64,000 nucleotides of DNA from the human T2T-CHM13v2.0 reference genome, Homo sapiens. The notes beneath the pieces are model-generated. The model saw nothing but the letters and a program-made list of their open reading frames with translations. It did no database searches and was not told where the DNA came from. Positions 29,501 to 44,399 of this stretch are shown one piece after another. The translations under genes and the position numbers were made by a program. The stretch lies in assembly GCF_009914755.1 (NCBI RefSeq), contig NC_060933.1, one strand, 5' to 3'. Numbering within the stretch: position 1 is the stretch's first letter; every line of letters starts with the position of its first letter.

Positions 29501-31345
29501 GGAATCATCCGTAATGTAATGGAAAGGAATGGAATGGAATGGAATGGAATGGAATGGAATGAAATGCAATGGATTCAACTCGATTGCAATGGAATGGAAT
29601 AGAATGGAATGGAATGGAATGGAATGGAATGGAATGGAATGGAATTAACCCGAATAGAATGGAATGGAATGGAATGGAACGGAATGGAACGGAATGGAAT
29701 GGAATGCAATGGAATGGAATGGAATGGAATGGTATGGAATGGAATGGATTGCTACGGAATAGAATGGAATGGAACGAATTGTAATGGAATGGAATTGAAT
29801 GGAATGGAATGGAATGGAATCAACGCGAGTGCAGGGGAATGGAATGGAACGGAATGCAATGGAATGGAATCATCCGGAATGGAATGGAATGGAATGGAAT
29901 GGAATGGAATGGAATGGAATCAACCCGAGTGCAATGGAATGGAGTGGAATGGAATGGAATGGAATGGAACAACCCGAATGGAATGGAATGTAATGGAGAG
30001 TAAGGGAGTTGAATAGAATCAATCCGAATGTAATGGAATGGAAACCAACGGAATGGAATGGAATGGAATGGAATGGAATGGAATGGAATGGAATGGAATG
30101 CAATGGAATGGAATCAACCCGAGTACAATGGAATGGAATGGAATGGAATGCAATGGAATGGAATGGAATGGAATGGAATGGAATGAAATGGAATGGAATT
30201 GAATGGAATGGAATGCCTTCAAACCGAATGGAATGGAATGGAATGGAATAGAATGGAATGGAATGGAATGGTACGGAATAGAATGGAATGGAACGAAATG
30301 GAATGTAATGGAATGGAATGGAATGGAATGGAATGGAATGGAATGGAATCGTTCCGAGTGGAATAGGAGGGAATGTATTCGAGTGGAATGGAAAAGAATG
30401 GAATCAGCCAGTGTGGAATGGAAGGGAATGGAATGGAATGGAAACTAATAGAAAGGAATCAACCCGAGTGGAATGGAATGGAAAGGACTGGAATGGAATG
30501 GAATGGAATCAACTCTATTTTAATGGAATGGAATGGAATGGAATGGAATGGAATGGAATGGAATGGAATTAACCCGAATACAATGGAATGGAACGGAATG
30601 GAACGGAATGGAGTGGAATGGAATGGAATCAACCCGAGTGCAGGGGAATGTAATGGAATGGAATACAATGGAATGGAATCATCCGGAATGGAATGGAATG
30701 GAATGGAATGCAAAGCAATGGAATCAACTCGATTGCAAAGGAATGGAATGGAATGGAAAGGAATAGAATGGAATCAACCCGAGTGGAATGAAATGGAAAG
30801 GACTGGAATGGAGTGGAATGGAATGGAATGGAATGGAATGGAATCAACTCGATTGGAATGGAATGGAATGGAATGGAATGGAATGGAATGGAATTAACCC
30901 GAATAGAATGGACTGGAATGGAATGGAACGGAACGGAACGGAACGGAATGGAATGGAATGGAATGGAACGGAAAGGAATGGAATGGAATGGAAGGGAATG
31001 GAATGGAATGGAATGGAATCAACCCGAGTGCAATGGAATGGAGTGGAATGGAATGGAATGGAATGGAACAACCCGAATGGAATGGAATGTAATGGAGAGT
31101 AAGGGAGTTGAATAGAATCAATCCGAATGTAATGGAATGGAAAGCAACGGAATGGAATGGAATGGAATGGAATGGAATGCAATGGAATGGAATCAACCCG
31201 AGTACAATGGAATGGAATGGATTGGAATGGAATGGAATGGAATGGAATGGAATGGAATGGAATTGAATGGAATGGAATGCCTTCAAACCGAATGGAATGG
31301 AAATGAATGGAATCAACACGAGTGGAATGGAATGGAATGGAATGG
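20890..31345 (+). repeat. Tandem duplication, unit about 5.2-5.27 kb (copy 1 ~20890-26150, copy 2 ~26157-31345)
   Basis: ORF offsets are 5262 (21008/26270), 5267 (23061/28328), 5242 (23679/28921, 24327/29569) and 5212 (25161/30373). Shared rare markers: GAAACCGTGTGC, GATACAACTC, CAGCGCGAG, GAGTACTGGGG, GATTGCTACGG, GAAACCAACGG, CAACTCTATTTTAAT. Confidence 0.92.
24196..24300 (+). repeat. Local 50-bp tandem duplication (second instance at ~29438-29540)
   Basis: AATCATCCGTAATGTAATGGAAAGG occurs at 24211 and 24261. The same doublet appears at ~29453 and ~29503 in the second copy of the 5.2 kb unit. Confidence 0.85.
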
Positions 31346-33989
31346 AATGGTACGGAATAGAATGGAATGGAACGAAATGGAATGGAATGGAATGGAATGG
31401 AATGAAATGGAATGGAATGGAATGGAATGGAATGGAACGGAATCGTTCCGAGTGGAATAGGAGGGAATGTATTCGAGTGGAATGGAAAGGAATGGAATCA
31501 GCCAGAGTGGAATGGAAGGGAATGGAATGGAAAGGAAACTAATAGAATGGAATCAACCCGAGTGGAATGGAATGGAAAGGACTGGAATGGAATGGAATGG
31601 AATTAACCCGAATACAATGGAATGGAATGGAATGGAATGGAATGGAGTGGAATGGAATGAAATCAACCCGAGTGCAGGGAAATGGAATGGAATGGAATGC
31701 AATGGAATGGAATCATCCGGAATGGAATGGAATGGAATGGAATGCAAAGCAATGGAATCAACTCGATTGCAATGGAATGGAATGGAATGGAAAGGAATAG
31801 AATGGAATCAACCCGAGTGGAATGGAATGGAAAGGACTGGAATGGAGTGGAATGGAATGGAATGGAATGGAATCAACTCGATTGGAATGGAATGGAATGG
31901 AATGGAATGGAATGGAATGGAATTAAACCGAATAGAATGGAATGGAATGGAACGGAACGGAACGGAATGGAATGGAATGGAATGGAATGGAATGCAATGG
32001 AATCAACCCGACTGCAGGGGAATGGAATGGAATGGAATGCAATGGAATGGATTCAACTTGAATGGAATGGAAAGAATGGAATCAACAGGAGTGGAATGGC
32101 ATGGATTGGAATGGAAGGGAATGGATTCAACCCGAGTACAGGGGAATGGAATGGAATGGAATGCAATGGAATGGAATCATCCGTAATGGAATGGAATGGA
32201 ATGGAATGGAATGGAATGGAATCAACTCGATTGCAATCGAATGGAATGGAATGGAATTAACCCGAATAGAATGGAATGGAATGGAATGGAACGGAACGGA
32301 ATGGAATGGAATGGAATGGAATGGAATGGAATGGAGTGGAATGGAACGGAAAGGAATGGAATGGAATGGAATGGAGTGGAATGGAATGGAATCAACGCGA
32401 GTGCAGGGGAATGGAATGGAATGGAATGCAATGGAATGGAATCTTCCGGAATGGAATGGAATGGAATGGAATGGAATGGAATGGAATGGAACGGAATGGA
32501 ATTGAATGGAATGGAATGGAATACAATGGTATGGAATCAACCTGAGTGCAATGGAATGGAGAGGAATGGAATGGAATGGAATGGAAACTACCCGAATGGA
32601 ATGGAATGTAATGCAGTGTAAGGGAATTGAATAGAATCAATCCGAATGTAATGGAATGGAACGGAATTGAATGGAATGGAATGGAATGGAATGGAACGGA
32701 ATGCAATGGAATGGAATCAACCCGAGTGCAATCGGATGGAATCCAATGGAATGGAATGCAATGGAATGGATTCAACTTGAATGGAATGGAAAGAATGGAA
32801 TCAACACGAGTGGAATGGCATGGATTGGAATGGAATGGAATGGAATCAACCCGAGTACAGGGGAATGGAATGGAATGGAATGCAATGGAATGGAATCATC
32901 CGTAATGGAATGGAAAGGAATGGAATGGAATGGAATGGAATGGAATGGAATGGAATCTACTCGATTTCAATCGAATGGAATGGAATGGAATTAACCCGAA
33001 TAGAATGGAATGGAATGGAATGGAACGGAACGGAATGGAATGGAATGGAATGGAATGGAACGGAACGGAACGGAACGGAATGGAATGGAATGGAATGGAA
33101 TGGAATCAACGCGAGTGCAGGGGAATGGAATGGAATGGAATGGAATGGAATGGAACGGAACGGAACGGAACGGAATGGAATGGAATGGAATGGAATGGAA
33201 TGGAACTGAATGGAATGGAATGGAATGGAATGGAATGGAATGGAATTGAATGGAATTAACCCGAATAGAATGGAATGGAATGGAATGGAACGGAACGGAA
33301 TGGAATGGAATGGAATGGAATGGAATGGAACGGAATGGAATCAACCCGACTGCAGGGGAATGGAATGGAATGGAATGCAATGGAATGGATTCAACTTGAA
33401 TGGAATGGAAAGAATGGAATCAACACGAGTGGAATGGCATGGATTGGAATGGAAGGGAATGGAATCAAACCGAGTACAGGGGAATGGAATGGAATGGAAT
33501 GCAATGGAATGGAATCATCCGTAATGGAATAGAAAGGAATGGAATGGAATGGAATGGAATGGAATGGAATCAACTCGATTGCATTCGAATGGAATGGAAT
33601 GGAATTAACCCGAATAGAATGGAATGGAATGGAATGGAACGGAACGGAATTGAATGGAATGGAATGGAATGGAATGGAATGGAATGGAACTGAAAGGAAT
33701 GGAATGGAATGGAATGGAGTGGAATGGAATGGAATCAACGCGAGTGCAGAGGAATGGAATGGAATGGAATGCAATGGAATGGAATCTTCCGGAATGGAAT
33801 GGAATGGAATGGAATGGAATGGAATGAAATGCAATGGATTCAACTCGACTGCAATGGAATGGAATAGAATGGAATGGAATGGAATGGAATGGAATGGAAT
33901 GGAATGGAATTAACCCGAATAGAATGGAATGGAATGGAATGGAATGGAACTGAATGGATTGGAATGGAATGGAATGGAATGGAATGGAA

Positions 33990-36900
33990 TGGAATGAACC
34001 CGAATAGAATGGAATGGAATGGAATGGAACGGAACGGAATGCAATGGAATGGAATGGAATGGAATGGAATGGAACCGAAAGGAATGGAATGGAATGGAAT
34101 GGAGTGGAATGGAATGGAATCAACGTGAGTGCAGGGGAATGGAATGGAATGGAATGCAATGGAGTGGAATCTTCCGGAATGGAATGGAAAGGAATGGAAT
34201 GGAATGGAACGGAATCAACCCGAGTGCAATGGAATGGAGTGGAATGGAATGAAACAACCCGAATGGAATGGAATGTAATGGAGCGTAAGGGAGTTGAATA
34301 GAATCAATCCGAATGTAATGGAATGGAATGGAACGGAATGGAATTGAATGGAATGGAATGGAATGCAATGGAATGGAATCAACCCGAGTGCAATGGAATG
34401 GAGAGGAATGGAATGGAATGGAATGGAAACTACCCGAATGGAATGGAATGGAATGCAGTGTAAGGGAATTGAATAGAATCAATCCGAATGTAATGGAATG
34501 GAACGGAATGGAATGGAATGGAATGGAATGGAATGCAATGGAATGGAATCTTCCGGAATGGAATGGAATGGAATGGAATGGAATGAAATGCAATGGATTC
34601 AACTCGACTGCAATGGAATGCAATAGAATGGAATGGAATGGATTGAAATGGAATGGAATTAACCCGAATAGAATGGAATGGAATGGAATGGAACGGAATG
34701 CAACTGAATGGAATGGAATGGAATGGAATGGAATGGAATTGAATGGAATGGTACGGAATAGAATGGAATGGAACGAATTGTAATGGAATGGAATTGAATG
34801 GAATGGAATGGAATGGAATCAACACGAGTGCAGGGGAATGGAATGGAACGGAATGCAATGGAATGGAATCATCCGGAATGGAATGGAATGGAATGGAAAG
34901 GAATGGAATGGAATCAACCCGAGTGCAATGGAATGGAGTGGAATGGAATGGAATGGAATGGAACAACCTGAATGGAATGTAACGTAATGGAGTGTAAGTG
35001 AATTGAATAGAATGAATCCGAATGGAATGGAATGGAATGGAAAGGAATGGAATGGAATGGAATGGAATGGAATGGAATGGAATGGAATGCAATGCCATGG
35101 AATCAACACGAGTGCAAACGAATGGAATCGAATGGAATGGAATGCAATGGAATGGATTCATCTTGAATGGAATGGAAAGAATGGAATCAACACGAGTGGA
35201 ATGGCATGTATTGGAATGGAATGGAATGGAATCAACCCGAGTACAGGGGAAAGGAATGGAATGGAATGGAATGGAATGGAATCATCCGTAATGTAATGGA
35301 AAGGAATGGAATGGAATGGAATGGAATGGAATGGAATGGAATCAACTCGATTACAATCGAATGGAATGGAATGGAATTAACCCGAATAGAATGGAATGGA
35401 ATGGAATGGAATGGAACGGAACGGAATGGAATGGAATGGAACGGAACGGAACGGAATGGAATGGAATGGAATGGAATGGAATGGAATGGAATGGAATCAA
35501 AGCGAGTGCAGGGGAATGGAATGGAATGGAATGCAATGGAATGGAATCTTCCGGAATGGAATGGAATGGAATGGAATGGAATGAAATGCAATGGATTCAA
35601 CTCGATTGCAATGGAATGTAATAGAATGGGATGGAATGGAATGGAATGGAATTAACCCGAATAGAATGGAATGGAATGGAATGGACCGGAATGGAACGGA
35701 ATGGAATGCAATGGAATGGAATGGAATGGAATGGAACGGAATGGAATGGAATGGAGTTAACCCGAATAGAATGGAATGGAATGGAATGGAACGGAATGGA
35801 ACGGAATGGAATGGAATGGAATGGTATGGAATGGAATGGAATGGTACGGAATAGAATGGAATGGAACGAATTGTAATGGAATGGAATTGAATGGAATGGA
35901 ATGGAATGGAATGGAATCAACGCGAGTGCAGGGGAATGTAATGGAACGGAATGCAATGGAATGGAATCATCCGGAATGGAATGGAATGGAATGGAATGGA
36001 ATTGAATGGAATGGAAACAACCAGAATGGATTGGAATATAATGGAGTGTAAGGGAATTGAATAGAATCAATCTGAATGTAATGAAATGGAATGGAACGGA
36101 ATGGAATGGAATGGAATGGAATCGAATGGAATGGAATGGAATGGAATCAACCCGAGTGCAATGGAATGGATTCGAATGGAATGGAATGGAGTGGAATGGA
36201 TTCAACCCGAATGGAATGGAAAGGAATGGAATCAACCCGAGTGGAATGGCATGGAATGGAATGGAATGGAATGGAATGGAATGGAATGGTTCGGAATAGA
36301 ATGGATTGGAACAAAATGGAATGGAATGGAATGGAATGGAATGGAATGGAATCAAGTCGATTGCAATGGAATAGAATGGAATGGAATGGAACGGATTGGA
36401 ATGGAATGGAATGGAATGGAATGGAATTAAATGGAATGGAAAGGAATGTAATCAACCCGAGTACAGGGGAAAGGAATGGAATGGAATGCAATGGAATGGA
36501 ATGGAATGGAATGGAACGGAATGGAATGGAATGGAATCAACCCGAGTGGAATGGCATGGAATGGAATGCAATGGAATGGAATGGAATGGAATCAACTCGA
36601 GTGGAAAGGAATGGAATGGAATGGAAAGGAATGGAATGAAATCAACTCGAGTGGAATGGAATGGAATGGAATGGATTGGAATGGATTGCAATGGAATGAA
36701 ATGGAATGCAATGGAATGGAATCAATCATTCTGAGTGGAATGGAAGGGAATGTAATGGAGTGGAAAGAAGGGAATGGAATCAACCGGAGTAGAATGCAAG
36801 GCAATGGAATGGAATGGAAAGGAATGGAGTGGAATCAACCCGATTGCAATGGAATGGAATGGAATGGAAAGGAAAGGAATGGAATGAAATGGAATGCAAT

Positions 36901-39900
36901 GGAATGCAATGGAATGGAATCAACCCGAGTGGAATGGAATGGAAAGGACTGGAATGGAATGGAATGGAATGCAATAAACTCGAATGTAATGGAATGTAAT
37001 GGAATGGAATGGAATGGAATGGAATCAACTTGATTGGAATGGAATGGAATGGAATGGAATGGAATGGAATGGAATGGAATCATCCGGAATGGAATTTAAT
37101 GGAATGGAATGCAAAGCAATGGAATCAACTCGATTGCAATGGAATGGAATGGAATGGAAAGGAATAGAATGGAATCAACCCGAGTGGAATGGAATGGAGT
37201 GGAATGGAATGGAATGGAATGGAATCAACCCGAGTGCAATGGAATGGATTGGAATGGAATGGAATGGAATGGAACAACCCGAATGGAATGGAATGTAATG
37301 GAGAGTAAGGGAGTTGAATAGAATCAATCCGAATGTAATGGAGTGGAATGCAACGGAATGGAATGGAATGGAATGCAATGGAATGGAATGCAAAGGAATG
37401 GAATCAACCCGAGTGGAATGGCATGGAATGGAATGCAATGGATTGGAATGGAATGGAATCAACTCGAGTGGAAAGGAATGGAATGGAATGGAAAGGAATG
37501 GAATGAAGTCAACTCGAGTGGAATGGAATGGAATGGAATGGATTGGAATGGATTGCAATGGAATGAAATGGAATGGAATGGAATGGAATCAATCATTCCG
37601 AGTGGAATGGAAGGGAATGTAATGGAGTGGAAAGAAGGGAATGGAATCAACCCGAGTGGAATGCAAGGCAATGGAATGGAATGGAAAGGAATGGAATGGA
37701 ATCAACTCGATTGCAATGGAATGGAATGGAATGGAATGGAATGGAATGGAATGGAATTAACCGGAATAGAATGGAATGGAATGGAATGGAACGGAATGGA
37801 ATGGAATGGAAGGGAATGGAATCAACACGAGTGCAGGGGAATGGAATGGAATGGAATGCAATGGAATGGAATCATCCGGTATGGAAAGGAATGGAATGGA
37901 ATCAACTCCATTGCAATGGAATGGAATGAAATGGAATGGAATGGAATAGAATGGAATGGAATTAACCCGAATAGAATGGAATGCAATAGAATGGAATGCA
38001 ACGGAACCGAATGGAGTGGAATGGAATGGAATGGAATCAACCCGAGTAGAATGGAAGGGAATGGAATGGAATGGAAACTAATAGAATGGAATCAAACCGA
38101 GTGGAATGGAATGGAAAGGACTGGAATGGAAAGGAATGGAATGGAATGGAATGGAATGGAATGGAATGGAATGAACCCGAATAGAATGGAATGGAATGGA
38201 ATGGAACGGAACGGAATGCAATGGAATGGAATGGAATGGAATGGAATGGAACCGAAAGGAATGGAATGGAATGGAATGGAGTGGAATGGAATGGAATCAA
38301 CGTGAGTGCAGGGGAATGGAATGGAATGGAATGCAATGGAGTGGAATCTTCCGGAATGGAATGGAAAGGAATGGAATGGAATGGAACGGAATCAACCCGA
38401 GTGCAATGGAATGGAGTGGAATGGAATGAAACAACCCGAATGGAATGGAATGTAATGGAGCGTAAGGGAGTTGAATAGAATCAATCCGAATGTAATGGAA
38501 TGGAATGGAACGGAATGGAATTGAATGGAATGGAATGGAATGCAATGGAATGGAATCAACCCGAGTGCAATGGAATGGAGAGGAATGGAATGGAATGGAA
38601 TGGAAACTACCCGAATGGAATGGAATGGAATGCAGTGTAAGGGAATTGAATAGAATCAATCCGAATGTAATGGAATGGAACGGAATGGAATGGAATGGAA
38701 TGGAATGGAATGCAATGGAATGGAATCTTCCGGAATGGAATGGAATGGAATGGAATGGAATGAAATGCAATGGATTCAACTCGACTGCAATGGAATGCAA
38801 TAGAATGGAATGGAATGGATTGAAATGGAATGGAATTAACCCGAATAGAATGGAATGGAATGGAATGGAACGGAATGCAACTGAATGGAATGGAATGGAA
38901 TGGAATGGAATGGAATTGAATGGAATGGTACGGAATAGAATGGAATGGAACGAATTGTAATGGAATGGAATTGAATGGAATGGAATGGAATGGAATCAAC
39001 ACGAGTGCAGGGGAATGGAATGGAACGGAATGCAATGGAATGGAATCATCCGGAATGGAATGGAATGGAATGGAAAGGAATGGAATGGAATCAACCCGAG
39101 TGCAATGGAATGGAGTGGAATGGAATGGAATGGAATGGAACAACCTGAATGGAATGTAACGTAATGGAGTGTAAGTGAATTGAATAGAATGAATCCGAAT
39201 GGAATGGAATGGAATGGAAAGGAATGGAATGGAATGGAATGGAATGGAATGGAATGGAATGGAATGCAATGCCATGGAATCAACACGAGTGCAAACGAAT
39301 GGAATCGAATGGAATGGAATGCAATGGAATGGATTCATCTTGAATGGAATGGAAAGAATGGAATCAACACGAGTGGAATGGCATGGATTGGAATGGAATG
39401 GAATGGAATCAACCCGAGTACAGGGGAAAGGAATGGAATGGAATGGAATGGAATGGAATCATCCGTAATGTAATGGAAAGGAATGGAATGGAATGGAATG
39501 GAATGGAATGGAATGGAATCAACTCGATTACAATCGAATGGAATGGAATGGAATTAACCCGAATAGAATGGAATGGAATGGAATGGAATGGAACGGAACG
39601 GAATGGAATGGAATGGAACGGAACGGAACGGAATGGAATGGAATGGAATGGAATGGAATGGAATGGAATGGAATCAAAGCGAGTGCAGGGGAATGGAATG
39701 GAATGGAATGCAATGGAATGGAATCTTCCGGAATGGAATGGAATGGAATGGAATGGAATGAAATGCAATGGATTCAACTCGATTGCAATGGAATGTAATA
39801 GAATGGGATGGAATGGAATGGAATGGAATTAACCCGAATAGAATGGAATGGAATGGAATGGACCGGAATGGAACGGAATGGAATGCAATGGAATGGAATG

Positions 39901-42350
39901 GAATGGAATGGAACGGAATGGAATGGAATGGAGTTAACCCGAATAGAATGGAATGGAATGGAATGGAACGGAATGGAACGGAATGGAATGGAATGGAATG
40001 GAATGGAATGGTATGGAATGGAATGGAATGGTACGGAATAGAATGGAATGGAACGAATTGTAATGGAATGGAATTGAATGGAATGGAATGGAATGGAATG
40101 GAATCAACGCGAGTGCAGGGGAATGTAATGGAACGGAATGCAATGGAATGGAATCATCCGGAATGGAATGGAATGGAATGGAATGGAATTGAATGGAATG
40201 GAAACAACCAGAATGGATTGGAATATAATGGAGTGTAAGGGAATTGAATAGAATCAATCTGAATGTAATGAAATGGAATGGAACGGAATGGAATGGAATG
40301 GAATGGAATCGAATGGAATGGAATGGAATGGAATCAACCCGAGTGCAATGGAATGGATTCGAATGGAATGGAATGGAGTGGAATGGATTCAACCCGAATG
40401 GAATGGAAAGGAATGGAATCAACCCGAGTGGAATGGCATGGAATGGAATGGAATGGAATGGAATGGAATGGAATGGTTCGGAATAGAATGGATTGGAACA
40501 AAATGGAATGGAATGGAATGGAATGGAATGGAATGGAATCAAGTCGATTGCAATGGAATAGAATGGAATGGAATGGAACGGATTGGAATGGAATGGAATG
40601 GAATGGAATGGAATTAAATGGAATGGAAAGGAATGTAATCAACCCGAGTACAGGGGAAAGGAATGGAATGGAATGCAATGGAATGGAATGGAATGGAATG
40701 GAACGGAATGGAATGGAATGGAATCAACCCGAGTGGAATGGCATGGAATGGAATGCAATGGAATGGAATGGAATGGAATCAACTCGAGTGGAAAGGAATG
40801 GAATGGAATGGAAAGGAATGGAATGAAATCAACTCGAGTGGAATGGAATGGAATGGAATGGATTGGAATGGATTGCAATGGAATGAAATGGAATGCAATG
40901 GAATGGAATCAATCATTCTGAGTGGAATGGAAGGGAATGTAATGGAGTGGAAAGAAGGGAATGGAATCAACCGGAGTAGAATGCAAGGCAATGGAATGGA
41001 ATGGAAAGGAATGGAGTGGAATCAACCCGATTGCAATGGAATGGAATGGAATGGAAAGGAAAGGAATGGAATGAAATGGAATGCAATGGAATGCAATGGA
41101 ATGGAATCAACCCGAGTGGAATGGAATGGAAAGGACTGGAATGGAATGGAATGGAATGCAATAAACTCGAAAGTAATGGAATGTAATGGAATGGAATGGA
41201 ATGGAATGGAATCAACTTGATTGGAATGGAATGGAATGGAATGGAATGGAATGGAATGGAATGGAATCATCCGGAATGGAATTTAATGGAATGGAATGCA
41301 AAGCAATGGAATCAACTCGATTGCAATGGAATGGAATGGAATGGAAAGGAATAGAATGGAATCAACCCGAGTGGAATGGAATGGAGTGGAATGGAATGGA
41401 ATGGAATGGAATCAACCCGAGTGCAATGGAATGGATTGGAATGGAATGGAATGGAATGGAACAACCCGAATGGAATGGAATGTAATGGAGAGTAAGGGAG
41501 TTGAATAGAATCAATCCGAATGTAATGGAGTGGAATGCAACGGAATGGAATGGAATGGAATGCAATGGAATGGAATGCAAAGGAATGGAATCAACCCGAG
41601 TGGAATGGCATGGAATGGAATGCAATGGATTGGAATGGAATGGAATCAACTCGAGTGGAAAGGAATGGAATGGAATGGAAAGGAATGGAATGAAGTCAAC
41701 TCGAGTGGAATGGAATGGAATGGAATGGATTGGAATGGATTGCAATGGAATGAAATGGAATGGAATGGAATGGAATCAATCATTCCGAGTGGAATGGAAG
41801 GGAATGTAATGGAGTGGAAAGAAGGGAATGGAATCAACCCGAGTGGAATGCAAGGCAATGGAATGGAATGGAAAGGAATGGAATGGAATCAACTCGATTG
41901 CAATGGAATGGAATGGAATGGAATGGAATGGAATGGAATGGAATTAACCGGAATAGAATGGAATGGAATGGAATGGAACGGAATGGAATGGAATGGAAGG
42001 GAATGGAATCAACACGAGTGCAGGGGAATGGAATGGAATGGAATGCAATGGAATGGAATCATCCGGTATGGAAAGGAATGGAATGGAATCAACTCCATTG
42101 CAATGGAATGGAATGAAATGGAATGGAATGGAATAGAATGGAATGGAATTAACCCGAATAGAATGGAATGCAATAGAATGGAATGCAACGGAACCGAATG
42201 GAGTGGAATGGAATGGAATGGAATCAACCCGAGTAGAATGGAAGGGAATGGAATGGAATGGAAACTAATAGAATGGAATCAAACCGAGTGGAATGGAATG
42301 GAAAGGACTGGAATGGAAAGGAATGGAATGGAATGGAATGGAATGGAATG
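33990..42350 (+). repeat. Near-perfect tandem duplication, unit about 4.18 kb (copy 1 ~33990-38170, copy 2 ~38171-42350)
   Basis: ORF-track entries recur with essentially identical translations at offset 4177 (34014/38191, 34430/38607, 35591/39768) and then 4187 (36057/40244, 37822/42009). Rare markers are shared: GTAAGTGAAT, CAAAGCGAG, GGTTCGG, CAAGTCGA, CATTCTGAG, GCAATAAACTCG, CATCCGGTAT. Confidence 0.93.
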
Positions 42351-44399
42351 GAATCAACGCGAGTGCAGGGGAATGGAATGGAATCGAATGGAATGGAATG
42401 GAATGGAATGGAATCAACTCGAGAGCAGGGGAATGTAATGGAACGGAATGCAATGGAATGGAATCATCCGGAATGGAATGGAATGGAATGGAATGGAATC
42501 AACCCTATTGCAATGGAATGGAGAGGAATGGAATGGAATGGAATGGAACAACCCGAATGGAATGGAAGGTAATGGAGAGTAAGGGAGTTGAAAAGAATCA
42601 ATCCAAATGTAATGGAATGGAATGGAACGGAATGGAATGGAATGGAATGGAATGCAATGGAATGGAATCAACCCGAGTACAATGGAATGGAATGGAATGG
42701 AATGGAATGGAATGGAATGGAATGGAATGGAATGGAATGGAATGCAATGGAATGGAATCTTCCGGAATGGAACGGAATGGAATGGAATGGAATGGAATGG
42801 AATGGAATGGAATGGAATGCAATGTATTCAACTCGATTGCAATGGAATGGAATAGAATGGAATGGAATGGAATGGAATGGAATGGAATGGAATTAAACCG
42901 AATAGAATGGAATGGAATGGAATGGAATGCAACGGAACGGAACGGAACGGAACGGAGTGGAATGGAATGGAATGGAATTGTATGGAATGTAATGGCATGG
43001 TACGGAATAGAATGGAATGGAAAGAATTGGAATGGAATGGAATCGAATGGAATGGAATGGAATGGAATGGAATTAACCCGAGTGCAGGGGAATGTAATGG
43101 AACGGAATGCAATGGAATGGAATCATCCGGAATGGAATGGAATGGAATGGAATGGAATGGAATGGAATCAACCCGAGTGCAATGGAATGGAGTGGAACGG
43201 AATGGAATGGAATGGAACAACCCGAATGGAATGGAATGTAATGGAGAGTAAGGGAGTTGAATAGAATCAATCCGAATGTAATGGAATGGAACGGAATGGA
43301 ATGGAATGGAATGGAATGGAATGGAATGGAATGGAATGGAATGAAATGGAATGGAATCAACCCGAGTACAATGGAACGGAATGGAATGGAATGTAATGTA
43401 ATGGAATGGAATGGAATGGAATCAACCCGAGTGCAATGGAATGGAGAGGAATGGAATGGAATGGAATGGAAACTACCCGAATGGAATGGAATGTAATGGA
43501 GTGTAAGGGAATTGAATAGAATCAATCCGAATGGAATGGAATGCAATGGAACGGAATGTAATGTAATGGAATGGAATGGAATCAACCCGAGTGCAGGGGA
43601 ATGGAATGGAATGGAATGCAATGGAATGGAATCATCCGGAATGCAATGGAATGGAATGCAATGGAATGGAATGGAATGGAATCAACCTGAGTGCAATGGA
43701 ATGGAGTGAAATGGAATGGAATGGAATGGAAACAACCAGAATGGATTGGAATATAATGGAGTGTAAGGGAATTGAATAGAATCAATCTGAATGTAATGAA
43801 ATGGAATGGAAAGGAATGGAATGGAATGGAATGGAATGGAATGCAATGGAATGGAATCAACCCGAGTGCAATCGAATGGAATCGAATGGAATGGAATGCA
43901 ATGGAATGGATTCAACTTGAATGGAATGGAAAGAATGGAATCAACACGAGTGGAATGGCATGGATTGGAATGGAATGGAATGGAATCAACCCGAGTACAG
44001 GGGAATGGAATGGAATGGAATGCAATGGAATGGAATCATCCGTAATGGAATGGAAAGGAATGGAATGGAATGGAATGGAATGGAATGGAATGGAATGGAA
44101 TGGAATCAACTCGATGGCAATCGAATGGAATGGAATGGAATTAACCCGAATAGAATGGAATGGAATGGAATGGAACGGAACGGAACGGAATGAAATTGAA
44201 TGGAATGGAATGGAATGGAATGGAACGGAAAGGAAGGGAATGGAATGGAATAGAATGGAATGGAATGGAATCAACGCGAGTGCAGGGGAATGGAATGGAA
44301 TGGAATGCAATGGAATGGAATCTTCCGGAATGGAATGGAATGGAATGGAATCAACCCGAGTGCAATGGAATGGAGTGGAATGGAATGGAATGGAATGGA

